64,000 nucleotides of DNA. Origin: Ruditapes philippinarum (lineage: Eukaryota). Position 1 is the stretch's first letter. The number at the start of each line of letters is the position of its first letter. A program made the translations under genes and the position numbers. The notes below the pieces were generated by a model. The model was not told the origin of the DNA. It worked only from the letters and a program-made list of their open reading frames with translations, and did not search any database. The DNA lies in contig NW_026867291.1 in NCBI RefSeq assembly GCF_026571515.1, positions 1 to 64,000 on the forward strand. Reading direction: 5' to 3'. Shown here in pieces: positions 1 through 12,449 of this stretch.

Positions 1-360
1 GGCCGCTGGGCCGCCAAACTTCACAAAAAATGACAAAATTAAAATAATTTCTGAAAGTGATTTTTTCTTTAGATTTATCGTTTAAATAACAATAATTATC
101 TTTTAAAACTTCATTAAATGCCGTTTTATTGTTAAAAAAAAACATTTTTACAACATTAAAATTTTTGGCCGCTAGGCCCGCCAGGCCGCTAGGCCGCCAA
201 CTTCACGCCGCTAGGCCGCCAGGCCGCCTGGGCCGCCAACTTCACGCCGCTGGGCCGCCAGGCCGCTAGGCCGCCAACTTCACGCCGCCAGGCCGCTAGG
301 CCGCTAGGCCGCCAACTTCACGCCGCCAGGCCGCCAGGCCGCCTAGGCCGCCAACTTCAC
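1..360. repeat. GC-rich short tandem/sub-terminal repeats (ggccgctaggccgccaacttcac units)
   Basis: Many imperfect copies of ggccgc(t/c)ag and ccgccaacttcacg at 1-24 and 167-360 in an AT-rich background. Confidence 0.85.
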
Positions 361-2053
361 ACATCTTCTCTTAGTTACAAATTAATTAAGACTCTTTCCT
401 ACAATCTTAATAAAAATATTAATTGACTCTACTTTTACACGAGCAGTATCTTTATCGCAAAGTCGTGGATTTAAATCTGAACTGCATGCAGAACTATATC
501 CTTTTTTCAATAAATGCAAAATTAAACAAAAGTTGGCCTTTTGACGTAATTTTTACTTATTAATAATTGATATTCAAAAGCGGCACATGACACTGCATGT
601 GCAAATTTTTGCAAATGACTTTTTTTACAAACGCGGTTCTATGAAGCACTATGAAAAATATAAGGCGACTATGAACGGAATTTGATTTAGCGTCCAGAAC
701 TTTATTTGTTATCCGATGAAAACGCTGACGTAGTGACGTAATTAAGTGCATTATTATGAGGCCAAATAAAGCTTGACACTAAATATGTAAGTATTCACCC
801 ATAGCTGTTCTACAGAAATTAGAAACATTCTCCTGTCGTCGAAGTTTATGTATATGTTAAAGTTTATTCGTAGATACTTAAAAAATTAAATTGCTCAGGC
901 ACGGCACAGCCACGCGTCTAATTTTATATTGTGCTGAGAAACAGATTTTTTTCTTGCCCTTTTATTTCTTTGTCTTTTCTTCTTTTTCTTCTTCTTTTTT
1001 AAATGTTTTTTTTTACTCAAAACACGATTATATCCCGTGAAATTGAACATATTGACGTAAGTTTTATCTATTTGATTGCGTTTGCAAATTTAATTTTTTA
1101 TAAATTTCAGCTTTGTTTTTCTTGAAACAGGCCTGGTAGTGTTGGAATTGTAAGCAAAATTAAAAGTGATGTACCAAATGGGGACATTATAAACAAGTTT
1201 TACATTCATTGAAAAGTGGGAAATAACGAAATTATATTGATAATATTCGTATTTATCAACAGTTCACGAATAAATCAGTAGTACACTTAAAAGCAATAAA
1301 TATTGCGCAATGATGACTACATACTTGTCTGTACAGCGTTAGCTTAGACCTTACTTTACTGATAAGGCATAAGATAAAAAGAAATTGTGTTGTTTGTTTT
1401 TGGTCGTAAATATGATATCACAAATCGAAATTAGAAAACATGTATACGTACCAAACAAAAAGAGGTACCACATGGGGAAATTATTAAGAAGAAAAGCGTG
1501 AAATCATATTTTGATAATATTCACTATAAAATTATAATTTAAGTTTCACGGAAAAATCAGTCATTCTCTCAAAAGCTTAAAATAATGCCCAATAAGGGTT
1601 ACATGTACATACTTGAATTACTTTTGTTTGTGCAGCGTTCGTGTAGCCGTTGAACCCGTGCCACAATGAAAACAGTCGAGAAATAGCTCTTACAATACTA
1701 AAGTCAAAGAAAAAAAAAGTTAAATATAAAAATGCTATATAACACAAATCGAATGGAGAAAATTTACATCTGTACCAAACAAAAAATGTATATAATTGAT
1801 TTAACGGGACAGAACACATACTTCATTTCTGACTTGGGCTTAACACCCATCATCATAACATACAATGCATGCATCAAATCATAATAAATTCAATCAGTAA
1901 TATTTACATTATAAAAATACGTACAAAACATGATAGTGTTAATCAAATTAATTGAGAATGTCGAAAAATAAATTAATTTATTAATTATATCATATTGATA
2001 TGTAAATCTACAAAATTTCCCTGTCCTTCAAACGCTTTAATACAAAATATTGC

Positions 2054-3121
2054 TTATTTTCTTATGACCAATGTCATTTGCCGCCGAATCTGGATTTCAT
2101 GACTGCAGCGTTTGATCTCTTTCAGAATTTTCTTTGCGCGTTTCTTACGAATTGTTTTGATCTTCGTTATGTCGCAAACCACGAAATCTGACGTTATGAA
2201 TAGCAATGATAAAACCATAAACAATAGCATTATTCTTCTCCAGAGGTTTTGCACGTCTTCACTTTCTTCATTCAAACTTTGAACAGCTATATCACCTTCA
2301 ACGAGAATCTTTTCCAACATTTCATCAGATGGGTTTTTAAAGTAAAGACATTTATATGTATACTCAATGTCATGGAACGCGGATGTTACCGCAAAACAAG
2401 GCATATACATTAAACAGAACTCTTTTGTTTTAACGATATGCTCTTCAGCTTTCCGAATATTACCTGCTTCAACTTCTGTTATTGCCATTTTTGAATGGAA
2501 AACAATTTGCAATGATGTATTATCAACCCCGTTCGTTTCTGTACCTATTGCTTGATGCAATATTCGTTTGCGTTCTTCAACGTCCTTGTATTGCTGAATT
2601 AGTAAAACTGTAGCTGCTGCTTTTCGCTCAATGGCAAACTGTCGATCATGGTTCGATATTTCATCACTATTCATCATGATTTTTTCATCTTGTTTGTGCA
2701 TGAATTGCATTAATATTTCTCTATTATCACCCCAAAACGAATTATTATCTATGCAGCTTTTAATACGTTGGTAGTAATCATGAGTCCGTTTGGAATGAGG
2801 CATTTCTATTTGTGGGAGTCTCCGGTAACGAATTGTAAACCTTTTTGTTCTTAGATTAGAGGCGATATCAGTATACCCCTCTTCTTCAATTAGAAAACAC
2901 ATATTGTCATACGACAGAATGGGCAACAAATTGCATAGAAGCTCGATAATTTGTACATACCCAGAATCGTCATGTGTGCTATGTAAATTATTGTATTGCC
3001 GTTTATTTATTAAACCGTGTTTTTTCAGTTTTTCAATGAAGCTGCTTATATGAAAGTCTCTTCGTGTCTGATGCTGAAATACCTCCACTATGCACTGGCG
3101 TTCCCTCCTTATGTTAGCCAT
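2054..3121 (-). pseudogene. C-terminally truncated paralog of the CARD/death-fold-like helical protein (355 aa, no TM tail)
   Basis: ORF is colinear with 16468-17880 up to ...EIQIRRQM. It then runs into sequence homologous to 13145-13164 (deletion junction at ~2073) and stops after TLVIRK. It may still be expressed as a soluble form. Confidence 0.75.
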
Positions 3122-3744
3122 TTAATACAATTGGACTTATCAGTATTTTGATGTATCAAGGAAATCTGAAATGAAGATAACTAATGTATGCTTTCTAACG
3201 TTTATTTGTATAACATACTTTATAGTGCAAGACCATTTTCAATTCACTCTTAAGTGTGTAAGACCATTTACATAACACTGTTAAGTTTGTAAGACCGTTT
3301 ATATTTCACACTTAAGTGTGTAAAATCATTTACATGACACTCTCATTTGTGCAAAACCTTCATATTGCAATCTCAGAATGTACAAGACCATTTATAATTG
3401 TTTATACATGTCTTAAAAATAAAACCGGAGGTATTAAACTGTACTTTTACATGTAATATATTTACTAGTAACGAGGCTGTCAAGTCCACTACATGTCCAG
3501 GTCTAAATACGTTATCATATTGTTTAAGATGTCACTAGGTAAACATATATTTCTAATATCACACAATTGAAAGAAAGAAACATAACGAAATGTGTCATTG
3601 ATTTAGTATATGTATCACTATCAAGAACACTGCTTTTTCACTTTTTTATTTTCTATTTTTTTTATTTATTTTTTCATTCTATTTTATTTAATTATTTTTT
3701 ATTTTATTTATTTATTTATCTATTTTTTCGGGGGGGGGGGGTGG

Positions 3745-3955
3745 ATGTACGTGGCATCAACAAATTATAAGTCATATGACCTTCCAGATTTACTGGAGAA
3801 AGAAGACCTTGGGTGCTCTTCCTCGCATTATTTCAGGCACGAACGGTCACCTAGGTATAGATAACTTCCTCACATTTAGGAATCAAAATTCCCTGTCGGG
3901 ATCCGAACCCATCGCGGTGAGAAGAAGTTGAAGACGCACTAAGCCACGGATGCCC
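3745..3955 (-). mobile_element. tRNA-derived SINE, family A (degenerate)
   Basis: B-box-like GGTTCGGATCC on the minus strand. Body (gtgcctgaaataatg...cttcctccaccag) is shared with 18580-18810, 48495-48670 and 57395-57530. Confidence 0.6.
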
Positions 3956-5103
3956 CCTCACCGTTTTATGTTTCTTTTTGACAGTATCATGCTACATTAA
4001 CATATTGAATATATCTCCGATTTACAATAGAGGACTTGATTTTCTGATTTTTTCGTCGACGACCCGTATCATTTACAGCACGAGCTATTTCAATTTGACA
4101 AGTAAAGAAACAAAACGTGTAAAATACTAACCGGTCCTAACCTCCCAGTTTATTCCAGAAAAAATCTTATAATATCCTTTTCCTTTTTATGAATACGCTA
4201 TGTTACGCTTTGTATATGTAAAAACGACGCTTAAATATTTTATCAGTAAATCTCACGCTAGATTAACCTATATTTAAATATCTGGCTCATCATCCCGAAA
4301 ATCGTCGGAAACAGCTACTTACATCAATGCAAGTTGACGAACAATTAACTGCAAAATAATTTAGAAAATAACCTTGTACTTTCCTACCATGTTACGTTAC
4401 AGATCTTTAATGTTATTACAAAATAATTTCTTTATTCAATACAATTATGAACCCACGCATGCCGACACGATCACACGATCAATATTAGAGGAAATTTAAT
4501 ACCCCTGCCTTTGTCATAGATATTTGCAGACAGCAGATATCATTGATTTTATTGTGTCATTCTCCTGTATAGTACGTGTAATATAAGACTTAGATAATGA
4601 CATTATAAACTTATTACAATAAAGATTTTTAAGGATTTTTAAGGAAGATAAATAAACTTACCAATTCTTTATCATTTATTGAAAGGATTGGTGTGTTCGA
4701 CACATAATTATTACTGTCTATCACTCACATACAAGGCTTATCTTAATTGAAGCTTGTATGACAAGTATTATGGTACCTATCATGTGATAAAATATAGCTT
4801 TATGTAAATTCATTAATGCTCTTTTTTTACACTTATTTTCTTAAAATAAGAGACAAGCTATTTTATAATAACACCTAGTCAAAATAACCATCATGTTGAA
4901 ATAAAATATTTGTAATAAAATAATTCATCAAAATAATGATCTAACCAACTATATATCATGATCTATATAATGAAATAACAATATAATTATTAAGCTGAGT
5001 ATGTCATAAATGACAGTTTTAATGTTGGTCATGTTTAGGTGTTAAATTAGTGCTTTTTAACGGTCGATGATTCATTTAAATTTGAACTGTTTATATGTAT
5101 CAA

Positions 5104-7487
5104 ATTCAATAATTCAATTCAATATTTTATTTGCAATAATCAGCATACAAAATGCCTCTGGCAAAGGTTAACAAACTACAATATATATACAAATAAAATA
5201 GTGAAAAACAGAATCTCTAAAGAAAGTCCAACACGGCAAAATTGTAAAATGTTGCAGGCTCGGTTTGATTGAGCCTGTTCATGGACGGTACTGGAAAGTG
5301 CAAGTTACCGTCCACGCCTCCTAGCGCCGGCTAAAGCATCACACATGCATCAAATGACATATGATTGTTACATAATCGTTACATCATTGCGAAGCTGATT
5401 TGGAGAAACAGTAAAGTATATGACATGCATTAACTTACATATTAATTTCATTTCTTTTCAAAAATGCTTCATTTAAAAATTTCGATACATTCAGTAAAGT
5501 TGACTGTTTTCTACTTGACATTAAACTATAAAATTTAGGTAAAGATGGCCATGCTGTGTTTGGAAAATATTTCTTGCGAATTTCAGAATAATGAGTACAG
5601 ATTAAAAGAAAGTGGTATTCACTTTCAACAACATGCATTGTACAATGTTCACACAATCTATTCTGTCTATCTATACCTCGATAACGACCAGTTTCTATAG
5701 CTAGATTATGACTGCTTAACCTAAAGAATGCAAACAGTTTCACTAATTTGTCACTTTTTATTTTGTTAAGTTATTCCTCTGATTCAAATACAGTTTTAAA
5801 TTGAACATAATAAGATAATTTCGGCAAATTATTGATTGTCGTATGCCAATGTTGGATAAATTGATCTCTCAATCTTAGTGACAAAGTAGGAAAATAGTTT
5901 ACATCTTTATTAAAATTATCCCATATATCATTTAAACCAAGATTATACAATAGTTTTTTTACAGAGAGAGCCCAATTTTGATCATTATTACCATTACACT
6001 CAGTAGAAAATAACTTACACATTAATGACTCTGGATTTGATTTTTATTTAGTGTAATATTTGAGAGATTTTTCTTGGCAAATAACTGATAAGAGGAATCC
6101 CCCTCATTCACCTAAAACAGCGTAATTTGGAGTCTGCGATTTCACACCTAATATGGTTTTGCAAAATTTTATGTGAATCTTATCAACCTGTTTAGGACAA
6201 TATATTCCCCATACTTACAAGCAAAATTGGTGCAACTAGGGAATCAAACAGTTTAAGCTTCGTTATAATATCGACATGTATTCTTGTAAAAAGACTTAAA
6301 AAATTGTACATTGCCTTTAAAGCCTGATCAGAAAGAATTTTAGCTGTTTTAGCAATGTTACCATTTGAAACAAAAGTCACTCCTAGATAACAGAAACTGT
6401 CTACAATATCAATAACAATATCATCAATGTAAAATTGTCTTTGCTCTCGAGATTTACGTTTTTCATTTCTTTATATTGATCTTAAGACCCCATTGTTTCG
6501 AATATTCATATAGTTTACATAGTTAAGGTGATTCTGAAAGTATTAGGATCGGTAGAAAATACAACCATATCATCTACAAAAAGCAACATAAATACACATA
6601 ATTGGTGAAGATCATAGTCTGATAAACTATTAAGGTTAATGTTTTTGCATACATCATTTATGAAGAGTATAAACATTATCGTTGAAAGTGGCTCTCCTTG
6701 TTTCAATCCAATTTATATATCGAAAAAATCTGAAAATTTACAAGCATTTTTAACACATGACGAAACTTTTTCATATATTGCTTTTATCATATTCACCATT
6801 TTACTGCCAATTCCATCTTTTAACAATTTAACAAATAATGCTCCTCTATTAACTGTATCGAAGGCTTTTTCGTAGTCTATAAAAGCACAATACAATTTCT
6901 TTTTATCATGTAACACTTTTTGGATAATACAATGTAATAAAAATATACAATCGGTTGTGCTTTTTTTATCTCTGTAACCAAACTTATTTTCACAAAATAT
7001 ATCTTCTGTCTCGCACCATTTGTTTATTCTGTTTCTTAAAACAAGGGAAAAAAGTTTAGCCATGCTATTCACAAGAGAAATACCCTTGTAATTACTAGGA
7101 TCGGATTTATCACCCTTTTGTAAATTGGGACAATTATCCCCTTGGTCAAAGAATCAGGATAAACCCCTGCATCATAGATAATGTTAAATAATTTAACTAA
7201 GTATGGTGTAATGAAGTCTTTAGCGTCGATAAAAAATTCGGCCACAATTTTATCCGTTGATGCAGCTTTATTTCTATTGCATGAGGAAATCGCTTTTAAG
7301 ATTTCATCTTTGGTGATATTTGTATCTAAAAAATCTACATGAATTTCATCTAAGTTTACTTCTAAATCATTCATATCTGTGTTTCTTGGCATGTTACAAA
7401 CTCATCTAAAGGAACATCGAAGTTTGTACTCTCCTTCTTATTTCGGAATTTAATAATTTTCTGCCAAAATTTAAGAGGTGATCTTTT
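5104..7487 (-). mobile_element. 5'-truncated, frameshifted non-LTR retrotransposon (LINE, RTE-X-like) reverse transcriptase
   Basis: ORF fragments carry RT motifs: KGIIVPIYK, FGYR..STTDCIF.L, AFIDYEKAFDTV.R, KQGEPLS..F..FIND, LLFVDD (YADD equivalent). C-terminal RLSSHNLAIETGRY...C..C...E.EYHFL..C zinc knuckle. 3' end has AATAAA plus a (TTGAA)n tail at ~5104-5130. Confidence 0.93.
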
Positions 7488-8799
7488 AAATATTTATAAT
7501 AAAATAATTCATCAAAATAATGATCTAACCAGCTATATATCATGATCTATATAATGAAATAACAATATAATTATTAAGCTGCGTATGCCATAAATGACAG
7601 TTTTAATGTTGGTCATGTTTAGCTGTTTAGGTGTTAAATAAGTGCTTTTTAACGGTCGATGATTAATTTCAATTTAAACTGTTTATATGTATCAACATGC
7701 ACTGAAATAATGAGCATTCACTCCTTATCGGAGCGATAGCGTTTGCGCGATAAACGTTTAAATAACAAGCAGAACAAAATCCATGAGCATAAATATCTTC
7801 CGGGTCTGGCTAAACCTTTGAAATATGCAAAACGCTCTAGACATACGTGTTTTTTACGCTTTAGTTTATCTAATATTTCCACTGTTTTCGATCGATTAAA
7901 CCAGAATTGATGCGCTTTTGAACTGCATAATACTCTGGCGAATTCAAATTTCAGGTTTTCGCACCAATGTGTGGTAAAGATGAAAGCTCAGTTATGAAGC
8001 ATTCAATTTATGTTATTTAACTATTGACATATTCTTAAGCGTCTCTAATTGCAAGCAGTCTCAAAAAAGAAATCACGTGATTGTCACGTGTTTATACTTA
8101 ATGCGTCCTTTCATCTCAATTTATGTAGTTTGTAGCTGTGAAATTTTATATCTCTGTCATAAACGCACAATCTGAGTACAATAATATAGTCCAGTTTGAA
8201 ACGATGCACTTTTCAAATTTACATTAGTCATAGTTCACTGATTACTCTTGAGAAATACCCTCCCTATGAATGACCTGTAATATATTGTAACATGCCTGCA
8301 CATTTTTAGAGCTCATTGTTCTTTATGTTATGCCTCAAATGATTCATATTTATCTTATCACATTAGTTTATAAAGACGACGTGGAATTGTTAAACTCCAA
8401 CACTTACTGTTGATGCGTTGTATAATTATCCTTTATTTGTCATGTCCGTCGATAAAACATTTTAATGAAATTCTTAAACGTTTTAAAACAACCAAATCAT
8501 CCTTAAACGTAGCTTGTATGATTATAATAAAGAACACGGTAATATATGCATATGTATAGTCATTAATAAATCCAAGATAGTTCACTCCTGAGGTTATGCG
8601 TATCTTATTTATGTCTAGTTATATCCCTTGGTTTAAAAGATTTAAACATTTTAATCAATTTTCAAATTACAATTTTGTTTCTGTTTGATTAAAAAAAAAT
8701 TATGCTTCTTGCTGTAAATTCACATCTGCATATCATATGTATCTGATTCGTTTTGCGTTCGTTTGTTTTTGTTTGTATTTGTTTTTGTTTGTTTTTATG

Positions 8800-8862
8800 C
8801 TGTTGTTGTTGTTGTTGTTGTTGTTGTTGTCGTCGTCGTTGTCGTTGTTGTCGTTGTTGTTG
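8800..8862. repeat. (GTT/GTC)n microsatellite
   Basis: Seen directly; a shorter paralogous tract is at ~21727-21760. Confidence 0.95.
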
Positions 8863-9268
8863 TAAAATCTTTTACTCTGACCGAGAGTGGTAGAATGGTT
8901 ATCCTTACAGCGGTAAACATATTTATCAACCATTTTCATACAGACCCCCGCCTCAATGAAAAGCCTCTCACCATTAATGAATGAGAAAAGGGGTTAGGTA
9001 CGGTGGCATAACAAGAGAATAGAACATCATTTATTCATTACGTGCGCTTTGCTATGCGCGTCACGTGATATGTATTTGTATTACGTGGTTACATGTGCAC
9101 GCGAAAGCTAGTATATGACGTGCAGGTAGAATATAATACTTATTACGTAACACTTGAATAAATCGTACGCCACAAATTTCACCATATTAACATAACGCAG
9201 TAACATGATTACTTTTAACAAATGTATTTGGCGTAAATTGACCAGTTCAAATGTAACAACTAACTATT

Positions 9269-9496
9269 TGAGACCCGCGATTACAAAACCAGCATAGTGC
9301 GTTTACGACCAGCATGGATCCAGACCAGCCTGCGCGTCCGCGCAGTCTGATCAGGATCCATGCTGTTCGCTTACAAACCCTATTACAAGTAGAGAAACAA
9401 ATAGCGAACAGCATGGATCCTGATCAGACTGCGCGGATGCGCAGGCTGGTCTGGATCCATGCTGGTTGCAAACCCATTTTGTCATGGCGCAGCTCA
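9269..9496. mobile_element. Palindromic MITE, family P (TGAGCCGCGTCATGACAAAACC termini)
   Basis: Near-perfect internal inverted repeat (agcatggatccagaccagcctgcgc...gcgcaggctggtctggatccatgct). Absent from the paralogous site at ~22140. Confidence 0.9.
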
Positions 9497-11714
9497 TTTT
9501 AGCCAACTATGAGCTTTTGATAAGAATGTTAATTTAAAGAAGTTAAATTCTTTATCGAAAAGAGTTTCATCATTATAAAAAACTGCATTTTTAAAAAAGA
9601 AACAAATGTAAGCATTGTTTATTCTATCAAAGAAGGAACAAAAACACATTTCTTGTGATACACGGCGTAATAAACTGTCTATCTGTGTGCTTACTAAGAT
9701 AATATGTGACAGAAAATATAAACAAACGTTTTTTTATGATAACAACCAAGGTTAAACACTTTTATCATTCAGTAGGGCGCCCGGTTTATATGTAACATAT
9801 TATACGCTTTATACTGGTTAAGAAATATAGTAAAAGTGTTATTAAAATAAATACAATACAAAAATCAATATAACAGACAGTGGCGCTTTTATGATCTCAA
9901 TATTAATAAACATAAAAGATTTTTTTTCAAAGCATTCAACTTACATGTATTTTAAACAAGTTAAACAAATAAAATACATACAAAGTACAAGTCATGTTAT
10001 TGATAAACTCAGCAAAGATTAATTGGAAAATGCAGATAGTAGTTTATAGATATCGTTAATTAGGGCATAATCTAACTTGAAATTTGATAACGCGCTTGTA
10101 ACACAAAAACAAGTTTTACCTTGACCTAAAGTTCATTATGTCAAATGCTCTATCTTTATGAACTCACATATTGTGTAAATCTATTTGATAAACTAACTTA
10201 GAGTGCCGAAAATAACCTTGTAGAAAATATGTGTTTTCCGTTGTTTTTCTGGTTTTTTGGGGGTTTTTTTGTTGTTTTTTTTTTTGTTTCTTTACAAAGA
10301 TAAATAGCGTATAGTTATTTTATTAAATATTGTTGTTGTTTTTTTTTTTTGTTTTTTTTTTTAATAATATGTTTTTTCCTTTGTTCTCAATACTTTTTTA
10401 AGACTTAAGACCACTGCACCCGCTTTTATAATATCGACAAACTTTGAAGGAGTCTTTAACGTATTTCCATTTAAAACTTGATTTCATTCTGTGTACATAT
10501 TAGGTTATTTTATTTTTGGAAATCACAGTATTGTATAATATTACGTAGAAATATTCAAGTTACGTTAAATAACAGAGTAAGGACTAAGGATATACTTATC
10601 GGGAGTGGGGGGTGACACAAATGTGAAAATTCGATAAAAAAGCATAGCTTTAAACAAAATTAACCCTCATTTTGCGGGGAAAAACACACGAACCAAAAGA
10701 AAAGTATATGAGGTGTTCAGCTATAGCATTCTCTTACAGGCTTTTTTATCTTTTGGTTTATACAATTTTGTTTGTTCGATTGATAAGGAATGTATTAGCT
10801 TAAGGTCTTCAGCGTATCCAATTATTACAATGACATGACGTGAACGCTGAAGACAGACCCGTAGGGAAAGTCCACCAATAATCCAATAAACCAATAATCG
10901 GACTAATATTCACTTTATTACGTCACTACCAGTCCGCTTTCTAAATGTTGGGTTTAATATGACTTTATTAAAATGCATGCTTTTAGGTCACTATGCGCGC
11001 GAAGACGCTTGTACCCTTGTGTTTCAGTTGCATATGCAATGGTAGGATACTACGTCATCGCACACCTGCTAAATGCTCCCACTTGGACCATTTTTTCGTC
11101 GACTCGAAGCTTAAATACAATTTTATTATAAGAAAACGTAAGAGTATCAAAAAATCATGTAGCGCACCAAAGATGGCTATAGTTCTTGAGATAATTGTAA
11201 AAAAAGTTTATAGATCCATTGCCTAGTTTAAAAATAATTTTCAAGAAGGTTTTCATCCTTATTTCTTATATGTTTCGGGAAAAGTCCGAGTGGGAGCATT
11301 CAGAGAAAAACACTTATCCCGTTTTCAGGCATAAACCAGGCAATAAATCTATAAACATTTTTTTATATCCTGTGAAATTTAACATATTGACGTAAGTTTT
11401 ATCTATTTGATTACGTTTGCAAATTTGATTTTTTATCAATTTCAGCTTTGTTTTTCTTGAAAGAAGCCTGGTAGTGTTGGAATTGTAAGTGATGTACCAA
11501 ATGGGGACAGTATAAACAAGTTTTAAATTCATTAAAAGGTGGGAAATAACGAAATTATATTGATAATATTTGTATTTATGAACAGTTCACGAATAAATCA
11601 GTAGTCCACTTAAAAGCAATAAATATTGCACAATGATGACTACATACTTGTCTGTACAGCGTTAGCTTAAAACGCAATGATGACTACATACTTGTCTGTA
11701 CAGCATTAGCTTAT

Positions 11715-12449
11715 GCCGTGTCTACACCTATTCAAGTTTCTTACATGTCACATTTAGATAAGCTAAATAAATGGCCCTTTCAATATTTAATCTGGAACAA
11801 TTTTTACTGAAATTTCTAATTAAGATTGCCCACGATTTATACCTTTGTCTTTGAAATACTATCATGTTTCTGTAAAATATGTGAATAAAAAAGCGGGAAA
11901 AAAAAGCGGGAAAATGATGCAATTTAAGCTAAAAACAATGGAGTTAATGAAATTGAAATGTGTACATTCTTTTAAAATGATGGAAAATGTGAGAAAATTA
12001 TTTTTTGAGCTGGTAAATTGATGCAAATTTTTTATTTGATGAAAGTTATTCACTAAATTAAAATCCATTTTGACTACTTGAAAAATTGATTTTTTTTTTT
12101 TTTGATTTTTTTTGCTCTTCTGTGTATCAGTCATCAGTGTATTGATCTGTTCCTCTGACAAAGATATTTTATACATTTACTAAAATTTACAGATCATGAA
12201 CACTGAATCAGTAACAAAAAGTCAGAAAATAATAAAAAAAAAACCCTTCGGGGCACATGTTTTGTGTCAAACGGTGTTATCAGTGTCTTGACAGCCAAAA
12301 ACTTGTAGAAAAATAGAACGTGCAAGGAATTATCTTCTTGGATGTCACATAATTTCTCTTTAAAACTCATTCAAGTAGGGTGTCTACATTATCCAATACA
12401 AGAGAATATGATACTTGCATTCAAGACTTGGATAGGTGTAGACGGGCCC
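11715..12449. mobile_element. Non-autonomous TIR element (~735 bp)
   Basis: Termini gccgtgtctacacctattcaagt and acttggataggtgtagacgggc are imperfect reverse complements. The segment is absent from unit 1 at ~1345-1372. Confidence 0.8.

Larger units (their letters stand above)
1035..10800 (+). repeat. Tandem segmental duplication, unit 1 (paralogous to 11370-24220)
   Basis: Visually alignable blocks: 1035-2073 with 11369-13164; 2074-4895 with 16833-19760; 8390-10800 with 21245-24220. Confidence 0.9.

Noticed and set aside
2367-2555. Identical plus-strand ORFs at 2367 and 17126
   Set aside because: Antisense shadows of the CARD-like gene; their identity reflects the conversion tract.
5230-5340. 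Possible hammerhead ribozyme in the LINE 3' UTR
   Set aside because: No CUGANGA/GAAA/NUH core on either strand in the required arrangement.
8733-8984. Poly-N and poly-V ORFs (also 21623, 39964, 44515 and the poly-Q part of 58860)
   Set aside because: Translations of microsatellites.
9314-9502. ORF MDPDQPARPRSLIRIHAVR...
   Set aside because: A by-product of the palindromic MITE.
10864-10873. NF-kB-like GGGAAAGTCC
   Set aside because: Imperfect match to GGGRNWYYCC and not near any supported TSS.
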